From the NCBI GenBank assembly GCA_051886775.1, contig JBJEYK010000043.1, positions 1 to 39,891 on the forward strand: DNA of 39,891 nucleotides, given 5' to 3'. Below the pieces are notes generated by a model, which worked only from the letters and a program-made list of their open reading frames with translations, ran no database searches and was not told where the DNA came from. This document shows, one piece after another, positions 1 through 9,092 of this stretch (within the stretch, counting starts at the first letter, position 1; every line of letters begins with the position of its first letter). Position numbers and translations under genes: made by a program. The stretch comes from Candidatus Ventricola sp. (GTDB taxonomy: Bacteria > Bacillota > Clostridia > Christensenellales > Aristaeellaceae).

Positions 1-548
1 GACACGCTGCCCAGCCCCATCAGCAGCAGCGGCAGCATCACAATCGGGTTGAGCACGGTGCGGATCATGCTCACCAGCCGCTGGAAGAGGAAGCGCTCCC
101 GGGCGGTGATGTAGCTGGTGAACACGCTGCACGGGAAGGATACCGCGATGTTGACCACCAGCAGCGCCATCAGCACGCGCGCCGTCTCGATCTCCCCGGG
201 CGTAAGCTTGGCTGCGAAGATGCGGTGCACGTTGGCCACCAGCACGCCGCCCACCAGCAGCGACAGCAGGCCAATCACCAGGAAGATCGTCATGAACATG
301 CCGTTGATCCTCGCCACGCCGTCCTCGCCGTCGCTGGCCTCGGCGCGAGTATAGTAGCGCACATAGGCGCTGCCCAGGCCGAAGCTCATCAGGCTGAGAT
401 TGGAGATAAAGCCGTTGACCAGCGTATAGGTGCCGTATTCGCTCTGGCCCAGCAGCCGAAGCATGACCGGCGTGTAGACGAGGGAAATCGCCGTGGAGAG
501 CACCGTCTGCCCGTAGGAGAGCAGCACGCCCGCCTTTTTCTGATCCAT
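1..548 (-). CDS. Polysaccharide/oligosaccharide flippase (MOP/Wzx-like), N-terminal part; the gene runs off the left edge
   Basis: Absent from the ORF track because it has no stop in the window. The minus-strand ATG at 548-546 was placed by frame arithmetic from track ORF 389..628. It opens a frame that stays open to nt 1: MDQKKAGVLLSYGQTVLSTAISLVYTPVMLRLLGQSEYGTYTLVNGFISNLSLMSFGLGSAYVRYYTR... Consecutive hydrophobic helices and an N-terminal pattern typical of Wzx/PST flippases. Confidence 0.6.
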   Translation of the reverse strand, partial: MDQKKAGVLLSYGQTVLSTAISLVYTPVMLRLLGQSEYGTYTLVNGFISNLSLMSFGLGSAYVRYYTRAEASDGEDGVARINGMFMTIFLVIGLLSLLVGGVLVANVHRIFAAKLTPGEIETARVLMALLVVNIAVSFPCSVFTSYITARERFLFQRLVSMIRTVLNPIVMLPLLLMGLGSV

Positions 549-634
549 AGGGGTTCCTTTCGCCGGTGCGCTGCCGGCTGTCGTGAATTTGCTTTCTCCA
601 GTGTATCCGCTTTGTCCTCTTTTGGCAAGATTCA

Positions 635-663
635 TTTCCCTGACCGCCCGTTTGTGCTATAAT
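635..663 (+). promoter_or_regulatory. Extended -10 promoter (TGcTATAAT) for the serine hydrolase gene
   Basis: tttgTGcTATAAT, with TATAAT at 658-663. The -35 (tttccc) is weak. GGAGGAG RBS and ATG at 693 lie downstream. Confidence 0.45.
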
Positions 664-692
664 GCAGGCATTCCACACATACGGAGGAGCCT

Positions 693-2108
693 ATGATCGA
701 CAAAAGAGCGCTGGACGCGCACCTGACCGCCCTGGCCGAGCGCATGAACCTGGCAGGCGTATCCGCCGCCATCTGCACGGAGCAGGGCCTTCTATACACC
801 TGGAACTACGGCTTCCGCGACGCGCAGGGCCGCGTCGAGCCGGACTGCGACACGATGTACGGCATCGCCTCGATGAGCAAATCGCTCACCGCGCTGTGCG
901 CCTGCATCCTGCATGTCGAGGGCAAGCTGAACCTTGGCGACCCGGTTGCAAGGTATCTGCCGGGCTTCGCCGTGCCCGGCCAACCGCGCGAGGCGGTGAC
1001 CGTGCGCCATCTGGCGATGCACACCGCCGGCATCCCGCCGATGGAGCCGCTGGAGTGGTCCATCGCCATGAACAGCGAAAACCGCCGCGAGAGCGAGTGG
1101 CTGACGCACATGCGCAGAACCGCGCCCAACCGCATGGATCGCATCGAGCAGGTCATCGACTACGTCGCCCACTGCCCGTATCACACGCTGGGCGCGCCGG
1201 GTGAGGTGATGAGCTATTCCAACGAGGGCTACGCCATCCTGTCCTCTGTGATCGACCGGGCGGCCGGCATGCCGCTGGAGCAGTTCATGCAGGAGCGCAT
1301 TTTCGCGCCGCTGGGCATGACGCGCTCTATTCTGGACAACGGCATCGACGCCGCCCGCGCGCTCTCCGGCGGCAACCTCACCTCGCTGTTTGAGATGGAG
1401 GACGGCGCGCGCGTGTGCGACGACGCCTGGAGCATCCTGCCGCCGTTCCGCGGCTGCGCGATGGTCAAGTCCACCGCGCGGGACATGGCCGTGTACTATC
1501 GCGCGCTGGCCAATTTCGGCCTGCACGAGGGGCAGCAGCGCATCCCGCGCCAGGCGGTCGAGCTGCTCGTCGGGCGCTATCACCCGCTCTCGCCGCTCAG
1601 CGTGATGTGCATGGGGCTGAACAAGCGTGAGTTCATGGGCCACACGATCTGCGAGCACTCCGGCGGGCTGCACGGCGTGTCCACCAAGGGCGGCCTGCTG
1701 CTTAGCGAGGGCTGCGGCTTCAGCGTGCTGTGCAATCAGGGCGACGAGGACATGGACGAGCTGATGTGGGCGCTGTACAACGCCGTGCTCGGCCTGCCGC
1801 TGGGGCAGAGCCACCGCTGGTTCAACCCCGTCCATCACGCGTTTGCCAAGCCGGAGATGATCACAGGATGCTATCTCGCCCACGAGGGCGAGCCGAGTCT
1901 GATCACCATCACACAGCAGGATGATCGCCTGCTGCGCACGCGCGACGGCGAGACGACGCATCTGGTCTACTGCGGCGGCACGCGCTTCCTCGCCCTGTCG
2001 GATCCCGACGATCCCATTCAGGGCGTGCGCCATGAGTTCCTCATCCGCGACGGGCGCGCCTGGGGCGTACGCTGCGGCACGCGGGTGTTTGAGCGGGCGG
2101 ATTCGTAA
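693..2108 (+). CDS. Serine hydrolase, beta-lactamase/class C PBP-like family
   Basis: 471-aa ORF with the SxxK nucleophile motif (ASMSKSLTA) and YxN (SYSNEGY). GGAGGAG RBS 5 nt upstream. Confidence 0.8.
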   Translation: MIDKRALDAHLTALAERMNLAGVSAAICTEQGLLYTWNYGFRDAQGRVEPDCDTMYGIASMSKSLTALCACILHVEGKLNLGDPVARYLPGFAVPGQPREAVTVRHLAMHTAGIPPMEPLEWSIAMNSENRRESEWLTHMRRTAPNRMDRIEQVIDYVAHCPYHTLGAPGEVMSYSNEGYAILSSVIDRAAGMPLEQFMQERIFAPLGMTRSILDNGIDAARALSGGNLTSLFEMEDGARVCDDAWSILPPFRGCAMVKSTARDMAVYYRALANFGLHEGQQRIPRQAVELLVGRYHPLSPLSVMCMGLNKREFMGHTICEHSGGLHGVSTKGGLLLSEGCGFSVLCNQGDEDMDELMWALYNAVLGLPLGQSHRWFNPVHHAFAKPEMITGCYLAHEGEPSLITITQQDDRLLRTRDGETTHLVYCGGTRFLALSDPDDPIQGVRHEFLIRDGRAWGVRCGTRVFERADS

Positions 2109-2129
2109 CGCCCTGCCCTCGGGGGACGC

Positions 2130-2801
2130 TCAGCCCAGCGAGCGGAGCGTCTCCCTGTTCTCGGTGAGGTGGCGGCGCATGGCCTCGCCCGCCGCTTCCC
2201 CGTCGCGCGCGCGGATGGCGTCGACCACGGCCTGATGCGTCGCTGCCGCCGTGCCGGCGCAGGTGTGATGCGTCAGGCCCACATAGAGCGAAATGCCCTG
2301 CGCGATCAGCGGGATCAGCTGCGGAATGACCGTATTGCCGGTCATCTGCGCGATTTTCACATGGAAGTCGATATCCGCCTGGCCGTAGTCCTCGCCGGCG
2401 AGGATGTGCCGCTCCACCCGCGCGCAGAGAGCCTGCAGCGTCTGCACGTCCTCCGGGCCGGCCATCGTCGCCGAGCGCGCGGCGATCTGCGGCTCGAGCA
2501 TCAGGCGCAGCTCGCACAGATCCAGTGCGAGCTTTCTCTTGTCCTGCGCGAAGCGGAAGCCAAGCGGATCGTCCGCGTGGCCCACGTCCGAGCAGACGAA
2601 GGTACCCCGGCCCCGGCGAATCTCCACCACCCCGCGGGATTCAAGCACCTTCACGGCCTCGCGAATGGTGCCGCGGCCCACGCCGATCTGCCCGGCCAGC
2701 GCCTGCTCGTTGGGCAGCTTGTCGCCCGGGCGGAGACTGTTGCCGATGATCATCTCCTCCAGCGCGTGAGCGGCCTGCTCCACCAGGGAATGAACCTCCA
2801 T
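2130..2801 (-). CDS. GntR-family transcriptional regulator (FadR/FCD subfamily)
   Basis: N-terminal winged HTH (LPNEQALAGQIGVGRGTIREAVKVLESRGVVEIRRGRGTFV) followed by an all-helical FCD-like domain. I start at MEVHSL (M13 of track ORF 2130..2837) because of the upstream AAGGAG. Confidence 0.85.
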   Translation of the reverse strand: MEVHSLVEQAAHALEEMIIGNSLRPGDKLPNEQALAGQIGVGRGTIREAVKVLESRGVVEIRRGRGTFVCSDVGHADDPLGFRFAQDKRKLALDLCELRLMLEPQIAARSATMAGPEDVQTLQALCARVERHILAGEDYGQADIDFHVKIAQMTGNTVIPQLIPLIAQGISLYVGLTHHTCAGTAAATHQAVVDAIRARDGEAAGEAMRRHLTENRETLRSLG

Positions 2802-2851
2802 CCTCCGACACTCCTTCCGCAGCGCAGTTCTGCGCAATTGCTGATCCTATG

Positions 2852-2880
2852 AAAAAAGAATCCCGGGATCGCTCCCGGGA
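2852..2880 (-). terminator. Rho-independent terminator after hup
   Basis: Minus strand reads TCCCGGGAgcgaTCCCGGGA followed by TTCTTTTTTCA, immediately after the hup stop. Confidence 0.7.
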
Positions 2881-2891
2881 AATCCGTGCTA

Positions 2892-3167
2892 TTAGCCCTC
2901 AACAGCCTCTTTCAGGCTCTTGCCCGGCTTGAACATCGGAGAGCGGCGCGCGCCGATCTGGATCTCCTCGCCGGTCTTGGGATTGCGAGCCTTGCGAGCC
3001 GGACGCTCCTTCACCTCGAACGCGCCAAAGCCCACGATCTGAACCTTTTCACCGTTCTTGAGGCTCTCGGCGATGATATCGCTCATTGCGCACAGGGCAG
3101 CCTCGGCATCCTTGCGGGTCAGGCCCGCCTTCGCGGCGATCGCCGCGCTCAGTTCATTCTTATTCAT
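2892..3167 (-). CDS. hup: DNA-binding protein HU
   Basis: 91 aa: MNKNELSAAIAAKAGLTRKDAEAALCAMSDIIAESLKNGEKVQIVGFGAFEVKERPARKARNPKTGEEIQIGARRSPMFKPGKSLKEAV. AGGAGG RBS. The rest of track ORF 2892..3716 is a false extension. Confidence 0.95.
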   Translation of the reverse strand: MNKNELSAAIAAKAGLTRKDAEAALCAMSDIIAESLKNGEKVQIVGFGAFEVKERPARKARNPKTGEEIQIGARRSPMFKPGKSLKEAVEG

Positions 3168-3249
3168 GGTCAATATATCCTCCTTACAACAAGCCGCCGC
3201 GCTCTGCCGGCACCAGGCAGCCAGCCGCGCGGAAAGGCGACTATGACAT

Positions 3250-3278
3250 ATTCTACATGCTTTCCCGCATTCCTGCAA
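3250..3278 (-). promoter_or_regulatory. Sigma-A type promoter for hup (TTGCAG-17-TAGAAT)
   Basis: Minus strand reads ttgcaggaatgcgggaaagcatgtagaat. An ~80-nt GC-rich leader precedes the hup RBS. Confidence 0.5.
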
Positions 3279-3324
3279 GAGGCTACGTGCAAATCGCAAA
3301 ATTTTCTTGTCCGTTCGGCCTTTG

Positions 3325-4692
3325 TCAGCCCTTTTCCCCGGCGCGCTGGCGCTCGATGCGCCGGGCGGTGGCGCTGCGCAGCGCAATCTCCGCATCCAGC
3401 CCCATGGCCTGTGCAAGCGCGCACAGCGCCTCGAGCGCCTCGCCCAGCTGCGCTTCGCCCGCGCCCGGCTGCAGGATCGCCTGCACGACCTGGGCTGCCC
3501 GGGCGCGCGCCGCGGCTGCGTCCGGCTCCGCGCCGGCGGATTGCGCCTGGCGGCGGATGACCTTCTGCGCGCGCATGAGCGCCGGCAGCGAGGCGGGCAC
3601 CTCCTCCATGCGTTCGAGCGCGGACTGTTCGCCGCGCTCCTTCTTCTTGGCGCGCTCCCAGACGGAGACGACCGCCTGCGCGTCCTTGGCCGTCGCCCTG
3701 CCGAAGACGTGCTCATGCCGGGTGATCATCTTGCGGGCGGCCAGGCTGGTCACGTCGCGGTCGGTGAAGGCGCGGTGCTCCGCGCCGATGCAGCTGTTGA
3801 GCACGACCTGCAGCAGCACGTCGCCCAGCTCGTCGGCGATCTTCATCGGATCATCGCCGTCCATCGCCTCAGCGGCCTCGCAGGCCTCCTCGATCATGTA
3901 CTGGCGCAGTGTGTGATGCGTCTGCGCCCGATCCCACGGGCAGCCGCCCGGCGCGCGCAGGCGGGCGACGACCTCCAGGAAGTCCTCATACGTCGCACGC
4001 CGGCGCTCGTACACGCTCACCCGCGGCACCAGCACCGCCGTGCGGTGATCGTAGCGGGGCTGCCTGTCCAGCTCGCACAGCGGGATGGGCCGCGCCTGGG
4101 CGCCCGGCTCCGCCGCGTTCTCCAGGAAATAGACGGTCATCTCGTCGTCGAACAGGTCGCCAAGCCAGAGCTTCACGTCCGAGGCGAGATAGCGGTTGTC
4201 CAGCTCCGTGATCACCTGCGGGCAGTCCGCCTGTACGCGCAGCCCCTGCGTGGACAGCGCCGTGACGACGCGCAGGTTCTCCGTGTCCACGCCAAAGGGG
4301 ATCGCCGCGCAGGCTGCGCCGTCCGCCAGCGTCACCCCGCCGAGCACGCGCAGGCCGACATCCTCCGGCAGCGCGCGCGCCAGCGCGCGGACGGTGGCGT
4401 CGCTCACCGGGTCGCCGACGGCATAGCACAGCGCGCGCACGCCGCGCGCACGGCTGATGAGCGCCTGCGCCGCGCGCGCACACAGCTCGTCGAAGTCCTC
4501 GCAGTCCTCGTAGAGCGGATCGAGCGTGTCGTACGCGATGCCCTCGCGCGTGAGCACGTCCGCCGCGCCGTGGCGCGCCGTGCGCAGCACCAACGCGTCC
4601 GCCCCGCGCATCTGCGTAAGCGCGCCCAGCGTGAGCAGCTCGCCGCTGTCCGGCCCCAGCGCCGCTATGGTTATGATGTGCGATTTGTCCAT
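3325..4692 (-). CDS. mazG: YabN/MazG-type fusion: tetrapyrrole-methylase-like domain + MazG NTP pyrophosphohydrolase
   Basis: 455 aa. The N-terminal half resembles the TP-methylase fold (IITIAALGPDSGELLTLGAL...). The C-terminal half has MazG EExxE/ELGDxL motifs (IEEACEAAEAMD, ELGDVLLQVV). Position upstream of hup matches the common Firmicute arrangement. Confidence 0.85.
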   Translation of the reverse strand: MDKSHIITIAALGPDSGELLTLGALTQMRGADALVLRTARHGAADVLTREGIAYDTLDPLYEDCEDFDELCARAAQALISRARGVRALCYAVGDPVSDATVRALARALPEDVGLRVLGGVTLADGAACAAIPFGVDTENLRVVTALSTQGLRVQADCPQVITELDNRYLASDVKLWLGDLFDDEMTVYFLENAAEPGAQARPIPLCELDRQPRYDHRTAVLVPRVSVYERRRATYEDFLEVVARLRAPGGCPWDRAQTHHTLRQYMIEEACEAAEAMDGDDPMKIADELGDVLLQVVLNSCIGAEHRAFTDRDVTSLAARKMITRHEHVFGRATAKDAQAVVSVWERAKKKERGEQSALERMEEVPASLPALMRAQKVIRRQAQSAGAEPDAAAARARAAQVVQAILQPGAGEAQLGEALEALCALAQAMGLDAEIALRSATARRIERQRAGEKG

Positions 4693-4725
4693 GATGATTC
4701 ACCCTTTGGCATCCTGACATGATGA

Positions 4726-4745
4726 ACGGGAGCCGAAGCTCCCGT
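4726..4745 (-). other. Stable GC hairpin with UUCG tetraloop between GT2 and mazG (possible weak terminator or mRNA stabiliser)
   Basis: Minus strand reads ACGGGAGC-TTCG-GCTCCCGT followed by tcatcat. There is no clean U-tract. Confidence 0.35.
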
Positions 4746-4780
4746 GTGTTCCGCCTGCAAAGCGGCCATGCCTCGCTTCG

Positions 4781-5743
4781 TCAGTCCTGCTTGTTGAGCA
4801 CGCTCTCGATGATAAAGCGCGGGCGGCGCTTGGTCTCGTTGTAGATCTTACCGATATACTCGCCCACGACGCCCAGCCCCAGCAGCTGAATGCCGCCGAT
4901 CAGCCAGATGGAGCCCATCAGCGACGTCCAGCCGGCGGAGGTGTGCCCGGCCAGCTTGGAGATGAGGGCGTAGAGCAGCATCAGCAGGCTCACCAGGAAG
5001 ACGATCACGCCGGTGGAGAACACCAGGCGAATCGGCTTGACGGAGAAGGACGTGATGCCGTCCGCGGCGAAGGCGAGCATCTTCTTGAGGGGATACTTGC
5101 TCTCGCCGGCGAAGCGCTCGGCACGCTCGTAGGTGACGGTCGTCCACCTGTATCCGATCTGCGGCACGATGCCGCGCAGGAAGAGGTTGACCTCCGTGAA
5201 CTGCGAAAGCCCCTCGACGGCGCGGCGGCTCATCAGGCGGTAGTCCGCGTGATTGAACACGATGTCCACGCCCAGCGCCTTCATGACCTTGTAGAAGCCC
5301 TCGGCGGTGAAGCGCTTGAAGAAGGTGTCCGTCTCGCGCTTGGAGCGCACGCCGTAGACGACCTCATAGCCCTCGTGATAGCGGTCGACCATCTCGTCCA
5401 CGGCGTTCACGTCGTCCTGCAGGTCGGCGTCCATGGAGATGATCATGTCGGCGTAGTTGACTGCGGTGAGCAGCCCGGCCAGCAGCGCGTTCTGATGGCC
5501 GCGGTTGCGCGAGAGGTTCACGCCGGAGAAGAACTCCGGCTCCCTCTCGTGCAGCTCGCATATGATCGGCCAGGTGTTGTCGCTGGAGCCGTCGTTGACG
5601 AACATGACGCGGCTTTTGTCGCTGATCTTCCCCTGCTCCCGCAGGGCAATCAGCTTTTCGCGCAGGCGCTTGCTGGTCTCCGGCAGCACCTCCTGCTCCT
5701 TGTAGCAGGGCACCACGATGTAGAGCGTATTGTTTGGATTCAT
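4781..5743 (-). CDS. Family-2 glycosyltransferase, GtrB/CsbB-like (polyprenol-phosphate sugar transferase) with C-terminal TM helices
   Basis: LYIVVPCYKEQE, VNDGSSDNT and a DxD motif (SMDADLQD). Two C-terminal hydrophobic helices. GGGAGGA RBS. Confidence 0.85.
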   Translation of the reverse strand: MNPNNTLYIVVPCYKEQEVLPETSKRLREKLIALREQGKISDKSRVMFVNDGSSDNTWPIICELHEREPEFFSGVNLSRNRGHQNALLAGLLTAVNYADMIISMDADLQDDVNAVDEMVDRYHEGYEVVYGVRSKRETDTFFKRFTAEGFYKVMKALGVDIVFNHADYRLMSRRAVEGLSQFTEVNLFLRGIVPQIGYRWTTVTYERAERFAGESKYPLKKMLAFAADGITSFSVKPIRLVFSTGVIVFLVSLLMLLYALISKLAGHTSAGWTSLMGSIWLIGGIQLLGLGVVGEYIGKIYNETKRRPRFIIESVLNKQD

Positions 5744-5794
5744 CGGTATTCCTCCCGCGCAGGTCCGCGCGTCGTCGTTTCACAATCAGATGGC

Positions 5795-6523
5795 TTATCG
5801 ATCCTGGGGCTGGCCCGAGCCGAGCAGGCTGTCGCGCAGGTCGGTCAGCTCACCCGCGCTCCGCGAGAGCGCCGCGGCCGCACCGCACAGCAGCTTGTCG
5901 GCATGCACGCAGGCCTGGCTGTAAATGCTGTCGGCGTCCTTCTCCGCGCGCTCGCGGGTCTCCATGGCGTAGGCCTGGGCGCGGCGGGTGATCTCGTTTT
6001 CGTCCACCATCTTCTGCGCTTGCTGCTGCGCGCCGAAGATGATCTGCTCGGCGCGGGTCTGCGCGTCGGCCAGGATAGCCTGCGCGTCCTCCTGCGCCTT
6101 CTGGCGGGTGGCCTTGTCGTAAGCGTCGGCCTCGGCCTCCACCTCGTCCTTGAACTGCTTGGCCTTGCCCACCGTCTCATTGTAGATGCGGTCGGCATCG
6201 TCGGCGATCTGATCTGCACGGGCCTTCGCCTCGCCGAGCAGGCGTTCGCTGTCGGCGAGCACGCCCTGCGCCTGCGCCACCGCCTTGGGCAGCGCCATGC
6301 GCAGCTGCCCGAGCAGATCCTCCACCTCGCTGGCATCCAGCACGCACTTGCTCTTGCTCAGCGGGATGCGGTACGCGTCGGCAAGCATGTGGCTGATCGC
6401 GTCGATCACGCGGATGGTCTGCCCGATGGCCTCGCCCTGCTCCCGGCGCATGGGCCGCTCCTGCTGCTCCGGCGGGCGCTGCTGCGTGCCCTGGGCGCTC
6501 TGTTCGCTCTCTCTTGGCTCCAT
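5795..6523 (-). CDS. Coiled-coil protein (ATP-synthase-b/V-ATPase-G-like helical repeat), function unknown
   Basis: 242 aa, very rich in A/E/Q/K/D heptad-like sequence (AEADAYDKATRQKAQEDAQAILADAQTRAEQII...). AAGGAGG RBS. Placed between coaD and GT2 in the same operon. Confidence 0.6.
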   Translation of the reverse strand: MEPRESEQSAQGTQQRPPEQQERPMRREQGEAIGQTIRVIDAISHMLADAYRIPLSKSKCVLDASEVEDLLGQLRMALPKAVAQAQGVLADSERLLGEAKARADQIADDADRIYNETVGKAKQFKDEVEAEADAYDKATRQKAQEDAQAILADAQTRAEQIIFGAQQQAQKMVDENEITRRAQAYAMETRERAEKDADSIYSQACVHADKLLCGAAAALSRSAGELTDLRDSLLGSGQPQDR

Positions 6524-6534
6524 GTGATCCTCCT

Positions 6535-7020
6535 TTATCCTTCCCCGCGCCGCAGCGCTTGCTTGATGATCCCGCAGGTTCCCGGCGGGACGAGCGACTC
6601 AATCTCGCCGCCAAACGCCGCAATCTGCCGGACGATACTCGATGATATGCTGGCCAGCTCCTCCGAAGTCGTCATCAGCAGCGTTTCCACGCCGCCGAGC
6701 ATGCGGTTGACCTGCGCCATCTGGTATTCCGCCTCGAAGTCGCCCAGCGGGCGCACGCCGCGGACGACCGCCGTGACCCCGCAGTCGCGGGCGCACTCGA
6801 CGAGCAGCCCGCCGTGCGTCACGACGCGCACGTTGGCATAGGGCGCGCAGGCCGTTTCCAGCACGCGCACGCGTGTGGGCACGTCCAGCGCGCCGCGCTT
6901 GTCCGGATTGTGCATCACGGCGACAATCAGCTCGTCGCACAGCGCCGAGGCGCGGCGGATGATGTCCAGATGGCCGCGGGTTGCCGGGTCAAAGCTGCCC
7001 GGATAGAGCAATCTACGCAT
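6535..7020 (-). CDS. coaD: Phosphopantetheine adenylyltransferase
   Basis: LYPGSFDPATRGHLDIIRRA carries the (T/H)xGH nucleotidyltransferase motif. Start chosen at M14 of track ORF 6535..7059 (GGGAGGAGG 6 nt upstream). It overlaps the rsmD stop. Confidence 0.9.
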   Translation of the reverse strand: MRRLLYPGSFDPATRGHLDIIRRASALCDELIVAVMHNPDKRGALDVPTRVRVLETACAPYANVRVVTHGGLLVECARDCGVTAVVRGVRPLGDFEAEYQMAQVNRMLGGVETLLMTTSEELASISSSIVRQIAAFGGEIESLVPPGTCGIIKQALRRGEG

Positions 7021-7591
7021 GGGCATCCTCCTCCCGCGGCGCCTTCGCGCGGCGCACAAAGGTCATCTCCGTGTCGCCGTAGCGGCGCAGGTCGCTGGCC
7101 GCAAAGCGCTCGTCCAGCAGCGGCGCCATGCCGCGCCGGTGCTCCACCACGATCAGAAAATGCTCGCCCAGCAGCCCCCGGTCATAGAGTGCCGCGCACA
7201 TTTCGCCGGTATTCTCCATCCGGTACGGCGGATCGATAAACACCACGTCAAACGCCTCGCCCGCGCGCGCCAGCTCGTCCATCGCCGCGCGGTAATCCCG
7301 CGCGATCAGGCGGCACTGCCCGTCCAGTCGCGTGGACGTCATGTTCCTGCGGATGCAGTCGCAGGCCGCGCGATCCTGATCGATCAGCACCGCCCGGTCC
7401 GCGCCGCGGCTGACGGCCTCCAGCGCCAGCGCGCCCGTCCCGGCGAACAGATCCAGCACGCGCGCGCCGTCCAGCTCCCAGCGGATGATGTTGAACAGCG
7501 ACTCGCGCACATAGTCCTGCGTGGGGCGGGTCTTCATGCCCGCCGGCGCGACCAGCGTGCGCCCGCGCGCCTGGCCGCCGATGATCCTCAT
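7013..7591 (-). CDS. rsmD: 16S rRNA (guanine966-N2)-methyltransferase
   Basis: MRIIGGQARGRTL..., TRPTQDYVRESLFNII, LDLFAGTGALALEAVSRGA, VVFIDPPY. Confidence 0.9.
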   Translation of the reverse strand: MRIIGGQARGRTLVAPAGMKTRPTQDYVRESLFNIIRWELDGARVLDLFAGTGALALEAVSRGADRAVLIDQDRAACDCIRRNMTSTRLDGQCRLIARDYRAAMDELARAGEAFDVVFIDPPYRMENTGEMCAALYDRGLLGEHFLIVVEHRRGMAPLLDERFAASDLRRYGDTEMTFVRRAKAPREEDAHA

Positions 7592-7651
7592 GGCCGCTCC
7601 GCTCCTTCCCTGCGTAGGCTGTACGCCCTGATTATATCAGACGTATCCGGC

Positions 7652-8497
7652 TCAGACAAGCTCCTTCTTTTTCGGCTGGTCGCTCTGCGCGCGCTGGCCG
7701 TAGTGCACCTGCGGCTGCGCGCCGGTCAGCTCCTGGGCCAGCGTGCTCTTTTCGGCCTTGCGCACGGCCACCTTCTTGGCACGGCGGTTCATGCGCTCGC
7801 GCTTGCGGTTGAGACGCGGGCCGCACAGATAGCCGATCACATAGGCCAGCGGGAAGGTGGCGAGCATCAGCGGCGAGAGCCGGTCGATCAGCGCGCTCAT
7901 CCTCTGCGGATCGGGGAAGACGTTGATGTAGATCATCTCCGGCAGGCGCACGATCAGGCGCACCCAGTCCGCCGCCGCCAGGCTCGTCTGCCGCGCGTAG
8001 GCCCCAAGCGGAGCCATCACGTCGCCGCGCGCGCCGTAGCTGTCGGTCAGCCACACGGGCAGATCCTGAAGCGTGTAGGTGTACGGCTTCGCCGTCACGG
8101 CGACAAAGACCGACAGCGCCAGCGGCACGCCGAACACCAGCAGCGCCGCGCACACCGCCTTGAGCGGCTGATAGCACTGGGCGTCGTCGCGCGCGTCCAG
8201 GGCCGTGCCCTTTTCCAGCGCGGCGGCGTACGACCGGCTGTTCGCGGCGTCGGCCGTGCCGCGGGTCATGCCCTCGTTCACGCACAGCAGCAGCAGGCCG
8301 GAGGCGATCAGCAGCGACAGCGCGCCGCGCAGCACCGTGGACTCAATCGCCTGCAGCGCGCTGAACATCATGCCCATCACCACAATGGCCACCAGCGCCG
8401 CCGCCAGCTTAGCCGCCATGGGCGGCACCTGGCCGAGCCAGTGCTGCGCGCGGCGCAGCGGCTTGCGCTTTTTTTGATTTCCGGGGGTCTTCGTCAT
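7652..8497 (-). CDS. Integral membrane protein, unknown function
   Basis: Start at MTKTPGNQKKRK (M70 of track ORF 7652..8704). Several hydrophobic helices and a basic C-terminal tail. It starts 1 nt after the upstream gene's stop. Confidence 0.55.
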   Translation of the reverse strand: MTKTPGNQKKRKPLRRAQHWLGQVPPMAAKLAAALVAIVVMGMMFSALQAIESTVLRGALSLLIASGLLLLCVNEGMTRGTADAANSRSYAAALEKGTALDARDDAQCYQPLKAVCAALLVFGVPLALSVFVAVTAKPYTYTLQDLPVWLTDSYGARGDVMAPLGAYARQTSLAAADWVRLIVRLPEMIYINVFPDPQRMSALIDRLSPLMLATFPLAYVIGYLCGPRLNRKRERMNRRAKKVAVRKAEKSTLAQELTGAQPQVHYGQRAQSDQPKKKELV

Positions 8498-8498
8498 G

Positions 8499-9092
8499 TC
8501 ATGCCCTCCTGTCTTCTTCCTGCCGGCAATCGATCCAGGCGCCGGGCGTGAGGATCGCGTCCATGCGCGCGTCGTGCGCCTGCACCGGCACGCGCTCCAG
8601 CAGCGCAAAATCGTGGCAGACGCCCACGCGCAGCGCGCTCGTCTGCGGCAGAAACCGGTCGTAATAGCCGCCGCCCTGCCCCAGCCTGCCGCCGCGCCTG
8701 TCAAACGCGGCGCCCGGCACGAGGATCAGGTCGATATCCTGCGTGTTGGCTGCCGGGCAGTCCTCCCCCGGCTCCGGCAGGCCATACGCGCCCGGGCGCA
8801 GCTGCCAAAGCGCCGTCACCCGCCGGGCGGTCATCTCCCCCGGCGCGCCGCAGCGCGGCAGCAGCAGCGCCCTGCCCGAGGAAAGCACGTCCCGCAGCAC
8901 CGCATCAAGCGGCAGCTCGCCCCGGGCGGCGGCATACGCCATCACGCAGCGCGCATCCCGGTACAGAGCAAGCCCTTGCAGCCGCTCCAGCACCGCCCGC
9001 GCGCAGCACGCCTGCTCCGCCTCGGGCAGTGCCCGCCGCAGCGCGCGCATCCGCGCGCGCAGGGCGTCCTTCCCGCACTCCGGCGCGCTCAT
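8499..9092 (-). CDS. 5-formyltetrahydrofolate cyclo-ligase
   Basis: 197 aa ending ...LILVPGAAFDRRGGRLGQGGGYYDRFL..., which contains the family hallmark GxGGGYYDR. The ATG overlaps the alr stop (ATGA). Confidence 0.85.
   Translation of the reverse strand: MSAPECGKDALRARMRALRRALPEAEQACCARAVLERLQGLALYRDARCVMAYAAARGELPLDAVLRDVLSSGRALLLPRCGAPGEMTARRVTALWQLRPGAYGLPEPGEDCPAANTQDIDLILVPGAAFDRRGGRLGQGGGYYDRFLPQTSALRVGVCHDFALLERVPVQAHDARMDAILTPGAWIDCRQEEDRRA

Noticed and set aside
2892-3716. 274-aa ORF suggesting an HU protein with a long Arg/Ser/Pro-rich N-terminal extension (eukaryote-histone-like tail)
   Set aside because: The extension overlaps the 3' end of mazG in another frame and the hup promoter and leader. 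A canonical AGGAGG RBS and ATG give a standard 91-aa HU. The same logic trimmed the track ORFs 12757..13908, 13248..14801, 14099..15286, 22057..23805, 8499..9644 and 9089..10504.
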